Sequence record: PV805630.1
Length of the DNA stretch: 64,000 bases
Source: a phage
Reading direction: 5' to 3' (one strand)
The translations under genes were made by a program, and so were the position numbers. Below are positions 46,934-58,749 of the stretch, one piece after another. The notes below the pieces were generated by a model that worked only from the letters and a program-made list of their open reading frames with translations, had not been told where the DNA came from and made no database searches. Numbering within the stretch: position 1 is the first letter of the stretch; every line of letters starts with the position of its first letter.

Positions 46934-48880
46934 TTAAGGCATTTTCACATACCCAGGTATGCCTTGGGCTTGGCGTATATACCGTATAGCACGCTCCTGG
47001 TTTTCTTTCTCAGCCTCCCGATCTACAGAAGCCTGTGATCGAAAATTACGTGGAGCCAGGTTTTGAGGGTCAGCCTGAACTTGGCCCTGGGCATTTTTAA
47101 GCATTTCAGCAGCTCTACGTACTTGTTCCTGTCGTGCAGGTAACAGTGCAGTAAGTGCAGTCTGCCCAGTAGCAATCTTATTCTGAGTATTTGTCAGTGC
47201 AGCTACGGCAGCATCATATGCAGTTTGTGCTGCCTGAATATTCTGCATAGCCTGAGCACGACCAAGGTTACGTACACTTGCTTCAAGAGGTTCACCACGT
47301 TTTAACCCCTCAATCATTTGGTCTACCTGACGGTCATTAAGTCGCAAGCCATTACCGGCTTCTGAGGTTTTCCCTATAGTTAGGTAATCAACAAGACGTC
47401 CTGTATAACTTTCCGGTACGTTAGTCATTGCACGTTGCATAACAACACCTGCCATAGCAGGGGATACATTAGCACGCTGAGCAATTTTACTGATACGAGC
47501 CACAACCCATTGTTTATCTGCTCCCTTAAAGTCACCCTCTAGTAATCTATTAGCAACTTCCCCAACAGTAGAAGTGTCATTTAAGGCAGGTAAATAATCA
47601 GGAGCAATACTTCCAGCATTGTCCTCCATAGAACGAGTACCAATCATACCGGTAGCCAGAGTAGATACTGCCTGATTGCCCTGAACCATAGCAAGCGGGT
47701 CAGCCTCTACCTCAGCTTGAGCAATAACAGGTTTCATCTCTTCCCATGTCTTATCCTTATAAGCACCTGGGGTAGAGTTAGGCAGAGCATCCCAGGTATC
47801 TTTAAGGTTACCGTTCTTACGAGCCTCGAAGATAGCCCTACCAATCTTATCCTGGTTCTCGGGGGAAAGAGGCTGGCTTTGCCAATCTGGACCAAGAACT
47901 TTAGGAGCGAAATATTTCAGAGTATCTTGGTTAATCTGGAAAGCGCCCACAGGTGAAGCACCTAGTGTCGTCTTCATACTATCCTGATGCTTAATTACAT
48001 CACCAATACTCATTTGAGTAATAGGAGTAGATGTACCAGTAAACCGGTAAGTAACATCATAAGGAGAACCCTGACGAGTACCGGCAGTACCTGGTGCAGA
48101 CGTAGCACTAGCATTGTTACCGTAAACACCCGGATATGCTCGTGCAAGCATTTCCTGTAAACGTGCCTGTGCAACCGGAGACAGTTGCTTACTATAAGAT
48201 TCTGCCAGAATACGGGCATCGTCAGCATTCTCAGCACCTCTAGTAATCAGTGCCATTACACTCGTAGCAGCCTGATTATCAGCATCATTACGTTGAGCAA
48301 CACCTAAATCAAAACGGTTCTGTGCCTGATTGATAGCCTGACCGCCCTGACCTTGTAGACGGGTCAGCAGCTCAAGCTGTTGGTCAGCAGGAAGTGCAGA
48401 CAATGTATCACGTGTCTGTTCCAACGCAGTATTAATACGATTCTGGTCACCAGACTGGTATGCCTCAGACAGTAAACGGATAGCAGGAGAAGCATTATCT
48501 AATGCAGAATTAATATTCCGTAAACGGTCAAAGTTATAAGTATTGTAGTCATTGGTTCCCTGCTGACCTTGTTGAGTCAGCAATGTACCTGCTCGCTCAT
48601 CCAGATTTTGAAGGGTACGCTGGTTTATCAATGAACGGTCAACCCCCTGAAATAATGCACCAGATGCCAAAGCATTACGGTACTCAGTAGGGTCTTGGTA
48701 CTGCATAGCATTCATCATGACGGCATTGCCAGCCTCCTGCTTGGCAGCGTTCTGGAAATTACCCAGTGCATCACTTAAGCCGGAGGTGGCGTTACCAATC
48801 ATGCTACCAAATGTGCGAATGCTGTCACCAACTCCAGAAAAGTTAGGTGCATCAACATTACGCCATGTAATTTGAGCCAT
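46934..48880 (-). CDS. Virion-associated protein (N4 gp51-like position, 648 aa)
   Basis: Gln/Ala-rich repeats N-terminally; C-terminal segment GAFQINQDTLKY loosely resembles lytic-transglycosylase G-x-MQ motif (weak). Confidence 0.6.
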   Translation of the reverse strand: MAQITWRNVDAPNFSGVGDSIRTFGSMIGNATSGLSDALGNFQNAAKQEAGNAVMMNAMQYQDPTEYRNALASGALFQGVDRSLINQRTLQNLDERAGTLLTQQGQQGTNDYNTYNFDRLRNINSALDNASPAIRLLSEAYQSGDQNRINTALEQTRDTLSALPADQQLELLTRLQGQGGQAINQAQNRFDLGVAQRNDADNQAATSVMALITRGAENADDARILAESYSKQLSPVAQARLQEMLARAYPGVYGNNASATSAPGTAGTRQGSPYDVTYRFTGTSTPITQMSIGDVIKHQDSMKTTLGASPVGAFQINQDTLKYFAPKVLGPDWQSQPLSPENQDKIGRAIFEARKNGNLKDTWDALPNSTPGAYKDKTWEEMKPVIAQAEVEADPLAMVQGNQAVSTLATGMIGTRSMEDNAGSIAPDYLPALNDTSTVGEVANRLLEGDFKGADKQWVVARISKIAQRANVSPAMAGVVMQRAMTNVPESYTGRLVDYLTIGKTSEAGNGLRLNDRQVDQMIEGLKRGEPLEASVRNLGRAQAMQNIQAAQTAYDAAVAALTNTQNKIATGQTALTALLPARQEQVRRAAEMLKNAQGQVQADPQNLAPRNFRSQASVDREAEKENQERAIRYIRQAQGIPGYVKMP

Positions 48881-48892
48881 GATGGTTTCCTA

Positions 48893-49375
48893 TTAACGGG
48901 TTAGTTTATTAGCTGCAATGTAAGCATCAGCTGAAGACTGGTCACGGTTCTCTGCTGTAGCACGGCTACGAGCACGGTCTTCCAGTGCAGTGTTATAAGA
49001 CTTAATCTGATTATTCAGGTTAGTGTTAGTAACGCTCTTAGCAAAGTTCAGCTGGTTTTTGGCTAACTTGTTAGCCTGGAAACCACCATAGATATTGGCT
49101 AAGGAACCAAGTGCACCAAGTCCAAGTTGGAAGGTAGGAATGTTCATGCCTAATTGATCAGTCAAGCCTGAATCATTACCTGATTCAAACAAAGAACTGT
49201 CCAAATTACCATTTAAAAAATCCATGCCAACTGTTTGTCCGGGCCGATAATTCATTGCCGGAGTACTAAAGTTTTGCTTCTGGTTGTTACCAGATAACCA
49301 GGACAAAGCCCCTGGCTGAAGGGTTTGGTTGCCTGTAAAGAATGACAAATCCATGGGGATTCTCCTGTTAAACAA
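48893..49375 (-). CDS. Virion-associated protein (160 aa)
   Basis: Tightly packed in late operon. Confidence 0.55.
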   Translation of the reverse strand: MFNRRIPMDLSFFTGNQTLQPGALSWLSGNNQKQNFSTPAMNYRPGQTVGMDFLNGNLDSSLFESGNDSGLTDQLGMNIPTFQLGLGALGSLANIYGGFQANKLAKNQLNFAKSVTNTNLNNQIKSYNTALEDRARSRATAENRDQSSADAYIAANKLTR

Positions 49376-49510
49376 GGTCAGTATTAAGAGTCATATCAGA
49401 GTAGCTTCCAATCATGTTTAAAGACATGTCAGCTATATCAGAACCAGTCATGAGAGTACGTGAGAGGAAAGTATCCAACGACTCCATTGACACGAATTGC
49501 ATAGGGTCAA

Positions 49511-52030
49511 TTACACCCTGCCCAGCAGTACCAAACATTCTTCATACTGCTTATTGATTGCCATCATATCAGTATTGTACTGCTGCATTACATTCTCTGC
49601 TTTCTGAATAGTAGCAGCCGTGGATGCATTAATATACTGGCTAATGCCGTTACCTACTGAACTGGTAAGCTGCATGATGTTCTGAGCATTCATCATTTCA
49701 CCGGCTAAGGTAGATAAGGATGTACCAGTAGACATAGCAGTACCAACGTTCATAGCCACCATTGAAGCAATAGCAGCAATGATAAAACCTAGCTTATCAC
49801 CAAACAGAGAAGTGGATACTTTAGTGACAATAGATATCATAATCATTGCAGCAATGGCGTTTGCTACAGCACCAACAATTACGGCAGCTAATCCAACAAA
49901 GCCAAGTGATGCACCAACTGCACCATATGCCCCAAGAATACCTGCACCACCAGCACTACCAGCACCCATAGTAAATACGGATATAACGACAGCAACTACA
50001 ACAACCACAATCTTAAAGGCAGAGGAGTGATACCACTTTTTCTTAACCTTTTTATATGAGTTCATTACTAAGTAAGAGCAGGCAGTAGATAACTGAGTAC
50101 TACGAACCAGTGACATTGTGCGATAGATGTTGGTGTGCAGGGGAATAATGAATCCGCTTTCCTCTGCATCACCCATTGCTTCAGCAACATCAATATTTAC
50201 TGACTTATTTTTATATACCCTGTTGCTATGATGAAGCCCCAATACCCTAAGTTTACGGTAGGTATTATTACCATCCTGCCAAAGCAACTCATATTCTTGC
50301 ATAGTATAAAACGTAGGGGTAACTTCCAGGTTCTTAGTCGAACCGGAGTTACTAGCAGTACGTATGTTTTTACGGGTAAGGGTTATATCCCCTGCATATC
50401 TGGCTCGAAGTTGTCCTTGTTTAGCACCAGCCCATGCTTCACCGGAATGGGTAGTTTCAAATACGTAGTTCCAACTAATAGTCATATCATACTTATAATG
50501 CTTACTACTATGCACCCTAAACTCCCGCTTAGGTATAACAGGGTATTCTGGCAGAGGTGGGGGTGTTCCAACAGTTTGACCTTCCTGTCTGTTCCACCAT
50601 TCTACGTATGCATCAACTGCGTCATTCGCTGCCTGATAACCTGCAATCACTGCTTCCAGTGTGGGGTAGGTTGGGTCAGGTGGGAATGCTTCAGTAGCCA
50701 TCTGAAAGAAACGGTAGATGTATTCCTTAGCAGTATCTTCTGGAGTATTAAGAGATACACCGAATGTGCCATAGATGTATTGAATATCACCTATGTCGTC
50801 ATTCTTCTTAAGCTCAGTCACTACTTTATCAAGCTTACCACCAGTAGCTTTATAGAGTGCCTTCTTACAGTGGGGGTAGATTGGGTCATTCTCTACCCAT
50901 TGTTTATCATTCCTGATTGGGATGAATGGATAGAATCGGTTATCAGTAGCTTCAGTCTCAAACAGTGAATCAAGTGCAACGTTGCCTGAGTTCTGCTTAT
51001 AGATAAGCATCTTAGGTGTACCAACAGCAGTCATCTCAGTATCGGTACGGGTAGTCTGGGATGAGTACTTACGAACCAGTGTCTCTGTGGTTGTAGTGAT
51101 TGTATCGGTGCGAGTAACACCCCCACCTATATTAACAACGTTGGTAGTTACAGTAGTACTGGATTGAATCTCACCAAACTTTGTATGAGTCATTACCCTA
51201 TCAGATACAACTACAGTTACATCATCAGGTTTCTCAGTGAAGCCTCTACGGTAAACCTTAACGTAAGAGTTCCAGTTATCCACACTTGGTTCAGTAACAG
51301 TACTGTTTTCATCCGGTCTACCATCAGAGTAAACAGAATGGATCTGTATAGTCTTAGTAAGATTTGCTGTGTTAGCCGTCGTATCACTTGAGATGGTAGT
51401 CCATAACAGAGTAGACGGTAAGTCATTTTCGCTGTTATAGACAGTAGTCGGACCTACTACCGGTGGATTGGTAGCCGGGGACTTATAGAACGTGTAATCA
51501 GCATAGAGATACAAAGCACCTGGTTCAAAGTTAGTAGGTGTGAATGTAATGGGGGAACCTCCATCTAAGGAGGTCATAGTAATTTCATTGGTATCTTCAT
51601 CAATGTCTACATCGAATCGTTCCATGATTCGACTTGGGGCATTCTCATAAAGATACTGGTCACACCATTGCTCAAAGTCAGCAAAGCCAATCTCTGCTGC
51701 CTGAACATAGACAGATTCTCCAGCAGGTGGAGTAATTTGACCCTCTACAACAGTAGGGTCAATCTTAGCCAGTACACCTAACGAAGAACCTGCCATACCA
51801 ACTTCTGAATCATAGTGGTTCTTACTCCAGCTAGAGAACAGTCGCATACGAATACCCGGCCCATTCAGATAACTATCAGAGATAGTGTCTGCCATAGTGA
51901 ATCCTGTATCAGCAACAATCTTACCGATGACTACAGTCTTCATATAGTTTGGACGTTTATGTATATCCCCTGCCATGTTATAGACAGAGGATGCTACGTA
52001 TACTTTGGTCTTACTACTGAATAAGCCCAT
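49511..52030 (-). CDS. Large virion protein with C-terminal Gly/Ala-rich membrane domain (839 aa)
   Basis: C-terminal hydrophobic Gly-zipper-like segments GAGSAGGAGILGAYGAVGASLGFVGLAAVIVGAVANAIAAMIMI. Confidence 0.65.
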   Translation of the reverse strand: MGLFSSKTKVYVASSVYNMAGDIHKRPNYMKTVVIGKIVADTGFTMADTISDSYLNGPGIRMRLFSSWSKNHYDSEVGMAGSSLGVLAKIDPTVVEGQITPPAGESVYVQAAEIGFADFEQWCDQYLYENAPSRIMERFDVDIDEDTNEITMTSLDGGSPITFTPTNFEPGALYLYADYTFYKSPATNPPVVGPTTVYNSENDLPSTLLWTTISSDTTANTANLTKTIQIHSVYSDGRPDENSTVTEPSVDNWNSYVKVYRRGFTEKPDDVTVVVSDRVMTHTKFGEIQSSTTVTTNVVNIGGGVTRTDTITTTTETLVRKYSSQTTRTDTEMTAVGTPKMLIYKQNSGNVALDSLFETEATDNRFYPFIPIRNDKQWVENDPIYPHCKKALYKATGGKLDKVVTELKKNDDIGDIQYIYGTFGVSLNTPEDTAKEYIYRFFQMATEAFPPDPTYPTLEAVIAGYQAANDAVDAYVEWWNRQEGQTVGTPPPLPEYPVIPKREFRVHSSKHYKYDMTISWNYVFETTHSGEAWAGAKQGQLRARYAGDITLTRKNIRTASNSGSTKNLEVTPTFYTMQEYELLWQDGNNTYRKLRVLGLHHSNRVYKNKSVNIDVAEAMGDAEESGFIIPLHTNIYRTMSLVRSTQLSTACSYLVMNSYKKVKKKWYHSSAFKIVVVVVAVVISVFTMGAGSAGGAGILGAYGAVGASLGFVGLAAVIVGAVANAIAAMIMISIVTKVSTSLFGDKLGFIIAAIASMVAMNVGTAMSTGTSLSTLAGEMMNAQNIMQLTSSVGNGISQYINASTAATIQKAENVMQQYNTDMMAINKQYEECLVLLGRV

Positions 52031-52031
52031 A

Positions 52032-52874
52032 TTAATTCAGCCCGTTGTTAATCTTCAGCTTGGACAAAATGGTATCAATACTTGCGTTGGTGAATCCATT
52101 AGGTGGGTTCAAGCCTTCATCAATAGTCTTCTGTGTAATCCATGCATCAGTAAACAGCTTAGATGCTTTAACTTCTGCATCACGTTGGTAAGAAGTAATC
52201 TGTTGAGAGTACAACTCTTTCTGCTTACCTACGGAACCCCTAACTGCTGCACCGTCTGTACGAGTATCCAATGTCTGTGCACGTTGTGCCTCAGTCTGCT
52301 CAGTAATCAGTTTAAGCTGTTGAGGTAACATCTGGGCAGCATTAAACAATGCAGCACAGTATGTCTCAGACTCAGTAGCAATCTTCATCTTAGTGAGAGC
52401 ATATTCACTCTTAGCAGACAGTGCCTGAATCTTAGCCAGTACATACTGAGCTTTAGAAGTAGCCAGTTGCACTCGTGCAGTAACTGCCTGAATCTGTGCC
52501 ATAGCAGCAGCCCAGTATGCTTGGTCACGACCAAGTAAGAACTGAACAGCATTACTCATGCATGATTCCATCATGGCAATATAGGCTTTGGTATATTCAC
52601 CACCAGTAATACGGTTAGCTTTAAACTCAGCTTTAAGATGGTTGTGTGCAGATTCCATTAAAGCATCAAACGTACCGCTACCACCCACTTCACGGGTAGT
52701 AAGTGATTCATTAGTTACTTTAGTAATAGCATCAAAGATTGGGGAATCATCTCCACCAGGGATATCCCATTCAGGACCAGACATATCAATGTCGGGGAGG
52801 GTAAAGTCATCACCCTTAGTTAACTCTTCTAGGAGTCGGTTAGCTTCTACCTCAGCAGAACAAGACATAATCAT
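52032..52874 (-). CDS. Virion structural protein (280 aa)
   Basis: Stop/start adjacency with neighbour. Confidence 0.55.
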   Translation of the reverse strand: MIMSCSAEVEANRLLEELTKGDDFTLPDIDMSGPEWDIPGGDDSPIFDAITKVTNESLTTREVGGSGTFDALMESAHNHLKAEFKANRITGGEYTKAYIAMMESCMSNAVQFLLGRDQAYWAAAMAQIQAVTARVQLATSKAQYVLAKIQALSAKSEYALTKMKIATESETYCAALFNAAQMLPQQLKLITEQTEAQRAQTLDTRTDGAAVRGSVGKQKELYSQQITSYQRDAEVKASKLFTDAWITQKTIDEGLNPPNGFTNASIDTILSKLKINNGLN

Positions 52875-52944
52875 TCCTCTCGGTTCAAAAAGAAACGGCC
52901 CACGGAGTTACCCCAGTGAGCCGTGTTGAACTGTAGCTTATACG

Positions 52945-53586
52945 TTAATCGTTCAGGCTACCAGCAGCAATCTGTGCTTGAGCCAGTTGAGCCAATTCTG
53001 CTTCAGTCAGCGGAGGCAATACTTCAATGGAGAACTCACGTGCTTCTGTTGCACGGATATCCGGTAAGCCATTCTTACCTTTACGAGTCGTAATGTTGAT
53101 GAACTTACGCTCTTTAAGGAACTCGTAGATACAGTACGGAATATGATAACCATTGTCGGTGACTTCACCGAACGGAACAAACTTACGTACAGTACCCATA
53201 TATTCGTTAGCTACGGTGATAATCTCACCCGGCAGGTCTTTCTTCTTAGGATCAAGGTTCTGGATACGTACACGAATCAGTCGAGTCTGCTCTGCACGAA
53301 TCTTCTGACCCAGGGTCATCTTCTTAACACCAGCTTCTTGTTTTTCACCCAAAGGATTAACAGCAGCTTCTTTTACTTCTGGTTCATCTTTTGCTTGTGC
53401 AGCTTCAATCTTCTCACGGAGTTTCTCAACGGAGATGTTGTTAGAGAACTTAATATTCATCAACGTTGCACGTTGCTTAAGAACCTCAAGTTCGCTAGGC
53501 ATTGCAATATCGTTAACGGTATCTTCGTTGCCCTGTACGTCCAGTTCTACGCCAGTGGTCGGTTTATCGTTAATGCTCATGTTCAT
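52945..53586 (-). CDS. Hypothetical structural protein (213 aa)
   Basis: Immediately downstream of capsid gene. Confidence 0.5.
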   Translation of the reverse strand: MNMSINDKPTTGVELDVQGNEDTVNDIAMPSELEVLKQRATLMNIKFSNNISVEKLREKIEAAQAKDEPEVKEAAVNPLGEKQEAGVKKMTLGQKIRAEQTRLIRVRIQNLDPKKKDLPGEIITVANEYMGTVRKFVPFGEVTDNGYHIPYCIYEFLKERKFINITTRKGKNGLPDIRATEAREFSIEVLPPLTEAELAQLAQAQIAAGSLND

Positions 53587-53653
53587 ATTTCCTGTGGTTC
53601 AACTAGTTTTATTAAGAGGGGGACACTAGTCCCCCTTATTTTATTTAGGACTA

Positions 53654-54856
53654 TTACAGAGGAGCAACAGTCTTAATCAGAGCCAGACGTTCCGGACGTT
53701 TAACCAGGATACCGTAGTACCACTTGATGGAACTGAAGCCAGTCTCACCATACGGGTCATTACGGTCAGCAGTTTCTCGACCAGGCATCTTAGTCATGAT
53801 GGAGAACTTAACAGACTTACCATCAGTCTGGAAACCAATGGTAGAGAAGGAGTCATCACCAACTACCAGCATCGGGAACACGTCATAGTGTTCTTCGCCA
53901 CTAACCATAGAAGAACGGTAACCTGGGTTAGTAGAGACTTGTGCACCAGCACCTGCCCAATGCAGCATCTCAGGAACCTGGATAATACGGAACTTGTCGA
54001 TACAACCAATCTCACCATTCATCAGAGTACCGGCATCAGCATAGTGCTGAACCTCGATGAATGCTTTGTTACCGAACAAGTCTTTCATCGCTTTCAGTTC
54101 TGGAACTAGTTCAGAACCAACGTACATTACACGAGTACCACCAAGTACTTTGGTATCGGTAAGTTTAGAACCAGTGATGATAGTAGTCTGAGTCGGAGTA
54201 CGGTTCTCAGTAAGAATCTGGTCAAGACGCATCAGGTTCTTATAAGAAACTACAGACGGGGTAGCACCTTCACCAGTGATGGTAGCATCGGAGGTAGCAG
54301 CACCTGCATACAGTACAGTACCAGCAGCAGCCAACAGGTCTTTCTGGAGAACAGCTTCAGTCAGCTGTACAGCACCGTTCATCAGTTCACGAGACAGGTG
54401 TTCTTTCAGTTGGTCATCAGAATCAAAGTCCAGGGACTCTTGAGTAAATTCGTAGAAGAAACCGAACTTATGAATGGAACCTTCACGAGACAGACGAGTA
54501 AAGCCTACACGGTTAACACGACCACCGTTCTCTGTCAGCAGAGGCAGTTTAGAAGTGATGTTACCAACGTCTCGGGAAGAACCATACAGGTTACCATTAA
54601 CGATGGTAGCACCATTAGCATCAATACCCTGGTCGTTGATGTTCTTATCGTCAAGCAGTGGGACGTACTCATACACCTTAACAGTCTTACCGTAGTTCTT
54701 CGGCATGTTAATGGTGTTAGCCAGTGGCATGAAGTACTGGTCTTTACGGGACTGAATAATAGCTTTCTTCAGCCAGTAATAGGTATTCATCTGGTCGGAA
54801 CCAGCACCATCAATGCTAGATTTCTGGCCGTCAATTGGGGCGTTATAGTTTAACAT
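53654..54856 (-). CDS. Major capsid protein (N4 gp56-like, 400 aa)
   Basis: Size and position between scaffold-like and downstream structural genes match N4; strong hairpin downstream. Confidence 0.7.
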   Translation of the reverse strand: MLNYNAPIDGQKSSIDGAGSDQMNTYYWLKKAIIQSRKDQYFMPLANTINMPKNYGKTVKVYEYVPLLDDKNINDQGIDANGATIVNGNLYGSSRDVGNITSKLPLLTENGGRVNRVGFTRLSREGSIHKFGFFYEFTQESLDFDSDDQLKEHLSRELMNGAVQLTEAVLQKDLLAAAGTVLYAGAATSDATITGEGATPSVVSYKNLMRLDQILTENRTPTQTTIITGSKLTDTKVLGGTRVMYVGSELVPELKAMKDLFGNKAFIEVQHYADAGTLMNGEIGCIDKFRIIQVPEMLHWAGAGAQVSTNPGYRSSMVSGEEHYDVFPMLVVGDDSFSTIGFQTDGKSVKFSIMTKMPGRETADRNDPYGETGFSSIKWYYGILVKRPERLALIKTVAPL

Positions 54857-54872
54857 ATCATCTTATTCCTGT

Positions 54873-56093
54873 TTAAAGACTACCCGGTACTGGGAGTTTA
54901 GCGAAATCTTCGTCACTCATAGCGAGTGGGTTTACAATAGGTGTTGCTTTACGTGTAGCAGCCCGATTAAGGGAAGCTGCTTTAGCTTGCTCACTGTTAG
55001 CCAGAGTCTGCTTAGGTTGTGCTACACGCACTACCGGCTGAACCACTGGCTTAACTGCTTGTACCGGTTCTGGCTTAGCCACTCGGTTAAATGCCCCTTG
55101 CTGTGTAAGGAGGTTACCGACGTGGTTATAAGCCTGAATGAACGGAGTACCTACCGGAATCTGGCCTAACATTTGAAGACGGTTCACTTCGTTTGCAATG
55201 GTGTCATAAATACCATTCTCACGTTGTTCGTGAATAGTCTGAAGTAGGCCACGATTCTGGTAAAGAGCTTCTTTACTGGCAGCATCCCATGTCGAGCCGA
55301 TAACACCTAATGTAGCTTGTCCTTCTTGAGTAGACTTTAAGTCGTCAATTTCGGTTGCAAAATCTGCTTCGGTGTCGGTAACACGGTGATTGCCACCCTG
55401 GTAGTTAATTTCCTCATCTGGATTAAAGTCCAGAGGATCTGTACCAGAGTCTTTGAGCAACTTCTTAATGGCTTCTGGATTCTTTTTATCCAGGTCAATC
55501 AGGAAAGAAAGTTTATCCTCATCCATTAAACCGTTGTTCTGTAACATCAGCATTACCTTACGGTAAGGCTTTAGTTCTTGCATCTTGCGAGTATAGTTAG
55601 CACCCATCTGCATCAGGCTAATGGCCTCCTCCGGTGAACGGGGAGTAATCACTTTGCCGTTAGCTTTAAAAGGAGCCATCAACTTCTCGTAACCTTCTTT
55701 ATAGTTGAAGTCAGCAGGCAGACCTTCAGACTGTTTGCCTTCTTCTTTCTGTTCCTGGCCTGGTTCAGTAGTAGAAGGTTCAGCTTTAGTAATCGGCTCG
55801 CCGTTACTATCAACTTCTGTGTCAACAACTTTATCACCAACTTTATCAGAAGTTAAAGGATTTGCTGAATCTTCTTCATCAGGTTCGGCTTCAGGGGGGG
55901 TTTCTTCGGTTGGTAGGTCTTCAACAGCAGGGGTGTCAACTTCTTCTTCAGGAGTCTGTACGCCGTTGGTTTCTGGGTTGTTCTGAGTGGAAGTATCTTC
56001 CTCAGCAATAATTGCTGGGGCTTCCATATTCAGAATCTCATCATCCGACATTGCGAGAATGTCGGAAGCTGTGGTTGCAGCTTCCGTAGTCAT
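54873..56093 (-). CDS. Scaffolding-like acidic protein (406 aa)
   Basis: Highly acidic low-complexity N-terminus; between portal and capsid genes. Confidence 0.5.
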   Translation of the reverse strand: MTTEAATTASDILAMSDDEILNMEAPAIIAEEDTSTQNNPETNGVQTPEEEVDTPAVEDLPTEETPPEAEPDEEDSANPLTSDKVGDKVVDTEVDSNGEPITKAEPSTTEPGQEQKEEGKQSEGLPADFNYKEGYEKLMAPFKANGKVITPRSPEEAISLMQMGANYTRKMQELKPYRKVMLMLQNNGLMDEDKLSFLIDLDKKNPEAIKKLLKDSGTDPLDFNPDEEINYQGGNHRVTDTEADFATEIDDLKSTQEGQATLGVIGSTWDAASKEALYQNRGLLQTIHEQRENGIYDTIANEVNRLQMLGQIPVGTPFIQAYNHVGNLLTQQGAFNRVAKPEPVQAVKPVVQPVVRVAQPKQTLANSEQAKAASLNRAATRKATPIVNPLAMSDEDFAKLPVPGSL

Positions 56094-56112
56094 AGGAAAT
56101 ATCTCCGGTTAA

Positions 56113-56457
56113 TTATTCGTCTTCAGGTTCAGCACGAACTGCGTCGAGTTCTTCTTCTACCTGTAGAATAACGTCAGCTTCGTTTTCGCCCATACGAATG
56201 GCAAGATCAAGCCAACGACGTAAGTGACCAGCAGCTTGAGCCATGTTCAATGCATCTGCACGGTTATTAGGTTCAAGCAGTGGGTCACCAGACTCTTGCA
56301 CGTAACGTGCACAATCTTCCGTACAGAACTGGCGAAGAATTACTTTACGGAACAGTGGATTCTCCAGAAGTTTACGTACATCTTCTGCATGTGCAACTGC
56401 ACCTTTAGCAGCTTCCAGTCGATGTTCCAGTCCAGCGATTGTTGATTCTTTACTCAT
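56113..56457 (-). CDS. Hypothetical protein (114 aa)
   Basis: Between portal and scaffold-like genes. Confidence 0.5.
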   Translation of the reverse strand: MSKESTIAGLEHRLEAAKGAVAHAEDVRKLLENPLFRKVILRQFCTEDCARYVQESGDPLLEPNNRADALNMAQAAGHLRRWLDLAIRMGENEADVILQVEEELDAVRAEPEDE

Positions 56458-56470
56458 GTGAAGGTCTGCC

Positions 56471-58741
56471 TTACAGGTTCATGCCAAGAGCCGATGCTGG
56501 GTCTTGGCTAGGGTCATAGTATTGGGAACTAAGTGAATAAGCTGGGTCTTGCTGAGCAGCTAAATCCCGTTCTGGTATAGAGTTCACGTTAGTCAAAGTA
56601 TTATATCCAACAGCTGCAGATATGTTGGGGGTAGTTTCCCCTTCTTTAATAGGTGTTGTCAATGCCTTAGTTATCTGAAGGTTCTGGTTTCCTTGGGATT
56701 GTGCTTTTTGTTTTTCCATATCACGAGCATGTTTAGTACCAGATTCCTGTTCCAGATAATCCAGGTCTTTAAGGTCACCACTGGAAGCAGCCTCTTTAGC
56801 CTTAGCCATATTGAGTGCAATCTTACTTTGTAACTCTTCATTCTCAAGCTGTGCTTTCTGAATTGCCAATTGCTTAAGCTGTTCTTCCATAGGGTCTGGC
56901 TGTGGTTGCCAGGTACGTAACTCATGAGCCAGGTCGGGCATACGTTTAAGTTCTGCAATCTTAGCTACGAGAGATAACGTAATAGTTTGGTCAACCGTAT
57001 TACCCAATGTTTGAACCATGAAGCTCAAGTCCTGGGATTTCTGGTTATCAATTTCAGCAGTGTTGATATCAACCTCAATATCGAAGTTACCTTTAAGGTC
57101 TTCACGGTTAATCTCTACATACTGCTCGTTAGTAATACGTACTACTTCTTTCTCAGATAAGAACACAGCATTCATTGCACAAATCTTAGTACCAATGTCT
57201 GCCATGCCCTTAGCTAATCGGCGAAGGATTGCCATCTCACGTTTGGATGCTGCATCAAGTGCACCACGAATACCGGCAGCCACTTCCCCGTATGCTGAAC
57301 CAGTTACACCACCAGAGAATGCTTTAACACCAGTTAATGATTCAGCTTCCTGGTTTTGCATCTGGGTCATTATTATTGCCGACTGAGGTAACTCAGGGAA
57401 CTTATGTTCCATAATGGCCTGACTAGGATTACCCTGCATTGGGTTGTATTCGTAGTCTTGCCCATCGTCATATCGACGACGGTTTAGTGTATCCAACATC
57501 CCTTTAGGATAACCACGTTGACCGTTTGCACTTCGACCTAACAGGTCAATCATCCCACGCATAGTTGCGCCAAGAATTGCTTGGTTATCCCCTAACAGTT
57601 CAGCATCAGCTTCACCGAAGAGTTCGCGTTTACGGGGCATGTAAGGAACAACTACTAAAGGTAATTTACCGTCAGGGAATGGGTTCCTCTCCATACGAAT
57701 AAGAGTAGAACCAATCCAGGTAGCAACAATAGGTTCCAGAGAACCATCATCATTGATGTCGTAAAATCCCCAGTATTCGTAGGCAACAACTTTCTTACGA
57801 AGTGCATCCTTAAACTGAAAGTCACTTGGAGTCTTACTTTCATGGTCTGGGTCGGTCATAGGGCTAGAACTTTCCCAGTCAATCTTATCTAAATTGTGAT
57901 AACGATCTTTGTTCTTCATGAGGTCTGCTTTGCATGTCTCAAAGGAGATAACTGCATACAGAGCCTTATCCAAATCACCGTTACAGCTTGGGTCAATAAC
58001 TACGTTATTAGGGTTAAGCATTTCAACGGTAGGTCTGTTAACTAGTGCCTTCTCTACTTCTACTTCAGTAACTCCAGTCTGGATTGCATAGGTAGCTTCC
58101 CCAGTTTCATTAAAGTAGTTAACAGCTTCCTTAATATCTTCCGGCATTGTCTCATCGTACTCACGAGGATTCTCTGCCTGAAGCTGTAAAGCCTGTTGAA
58201 GAACATCTGCTTGTTCCTGGTTCTCGATTGGATATAACTGGAAGACTGGTGTTTCTGTTTTAATCTTAACAGTCTTACGTTCCCAACCAATACGAGCAAT
58301 ACCAGTACCGTCATCTACAACACTGTGTACGTAATCATCCACCAGTTTTACTTTATTAAGCTGGGTACGAAATTGGTAGTTAAGAACTAATTCATTCTGT
58401 CGTGCAGCTAACTCATCCTCAAAAGTAACCGGAGTTACTTTAAAGAGCTTATTAGATGAGAGGAATGGCTCAGACAATGGAGCATATCGCCACTCTGCCT
58501 GACGGCGAACCAGTCTGGGTTGGACTTGTGAGCGTCCCTTAACCTTTGGGGGTTTAGCCTTACCTTTAACTTCCATCAGGTCATTCCACTCACGAATCTG
58601 AGCCATAATTGCATCGTGAGCAGGTTTAGCCGATTCCAAATCACCCTTCAGTAATTGGATACTTGGTTCCTTCTTCCAGTCCGTTAGCTTCTCTGATTGA
58701 GCTGGGTCTGGTAAAGGCTTAAAAGTGTCTTGGTGTTCCAT
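56471..58741 (-). CDS. Portal protein (N4 gp59-like, 756 aa)
   Basis: Size and position upstream of scaffold and capsid genes. Confidence 0.7.
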   Translation of the reverse strand: MEHQDTFKPLPDPAQSEKLTDWKKEPSIQLLKGDLESAKPAHDAIMAQIREWNDLMEVKGKAKPPKVKGRSQVQPRLVRRQAEWRYAPLSEPFLSSNKLFKVTPVTFEDELAARQNELVLNYQFRTQLNKVKLVDDYVHSVVDDGTGIARIGWERKTVKIKTETPVFQLYPIENQEQADVLQQALQLQAENPREYDETMPEDIKEAVNYFNETGEATYAIQTGVTEVEVEKALVNRPTVEMLNPNNVVIDPSCNGDLDKALYAVISFETCKADLMKNKDRYHNLDKIDWESSSPMTDPDHESKTPSDFQFKDALRKKVVAYEYWGFYDINDDGSLEPIVATWIGSTLIRMERNPFPDGKLPLVVVPYMPRKRELFGEADAELLGDNQAILGATMRGMIDLLGRSANGQRGYPKGMLDTLNRRRYDDGQDYEYNPMQGNPSQAIMEHKFPELPQSAIIMTQMQNQEAESLTGVKAFSGGVTGSAYGEVAAGIRGALDAASKREMAILRRLAKGMADIGTKICAMNAVFLSEKEVVRITNEQYVEINREDLKGNFDIEVDINTAEIDNQKSQDLSFMVQTLGNTVDQTITLSLVAKIAELKRMPDLAHELRTWQPQPDPMEEQLKQLAIQKAQLENEELQSKIALNMAKAKEAASSGDLKDLDYLEQESGTKHARDMEKQKAQSQGNQNLQITKALTTPIKEGETTPNISAAVGYNTLTNVNSIPERDLAAQQDPAYSLSSQYYDPSQDPASALGMNL

Positions 58742-58749
58742 AGTTAATC

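Noticed and set aside
50228-50968. 246-aa plus-strand ORF
   Set aside because: Fully antisense to the 839-aa virion protein gene; Cys/Ser/Phe-rich translation typical of a non-coding frame.
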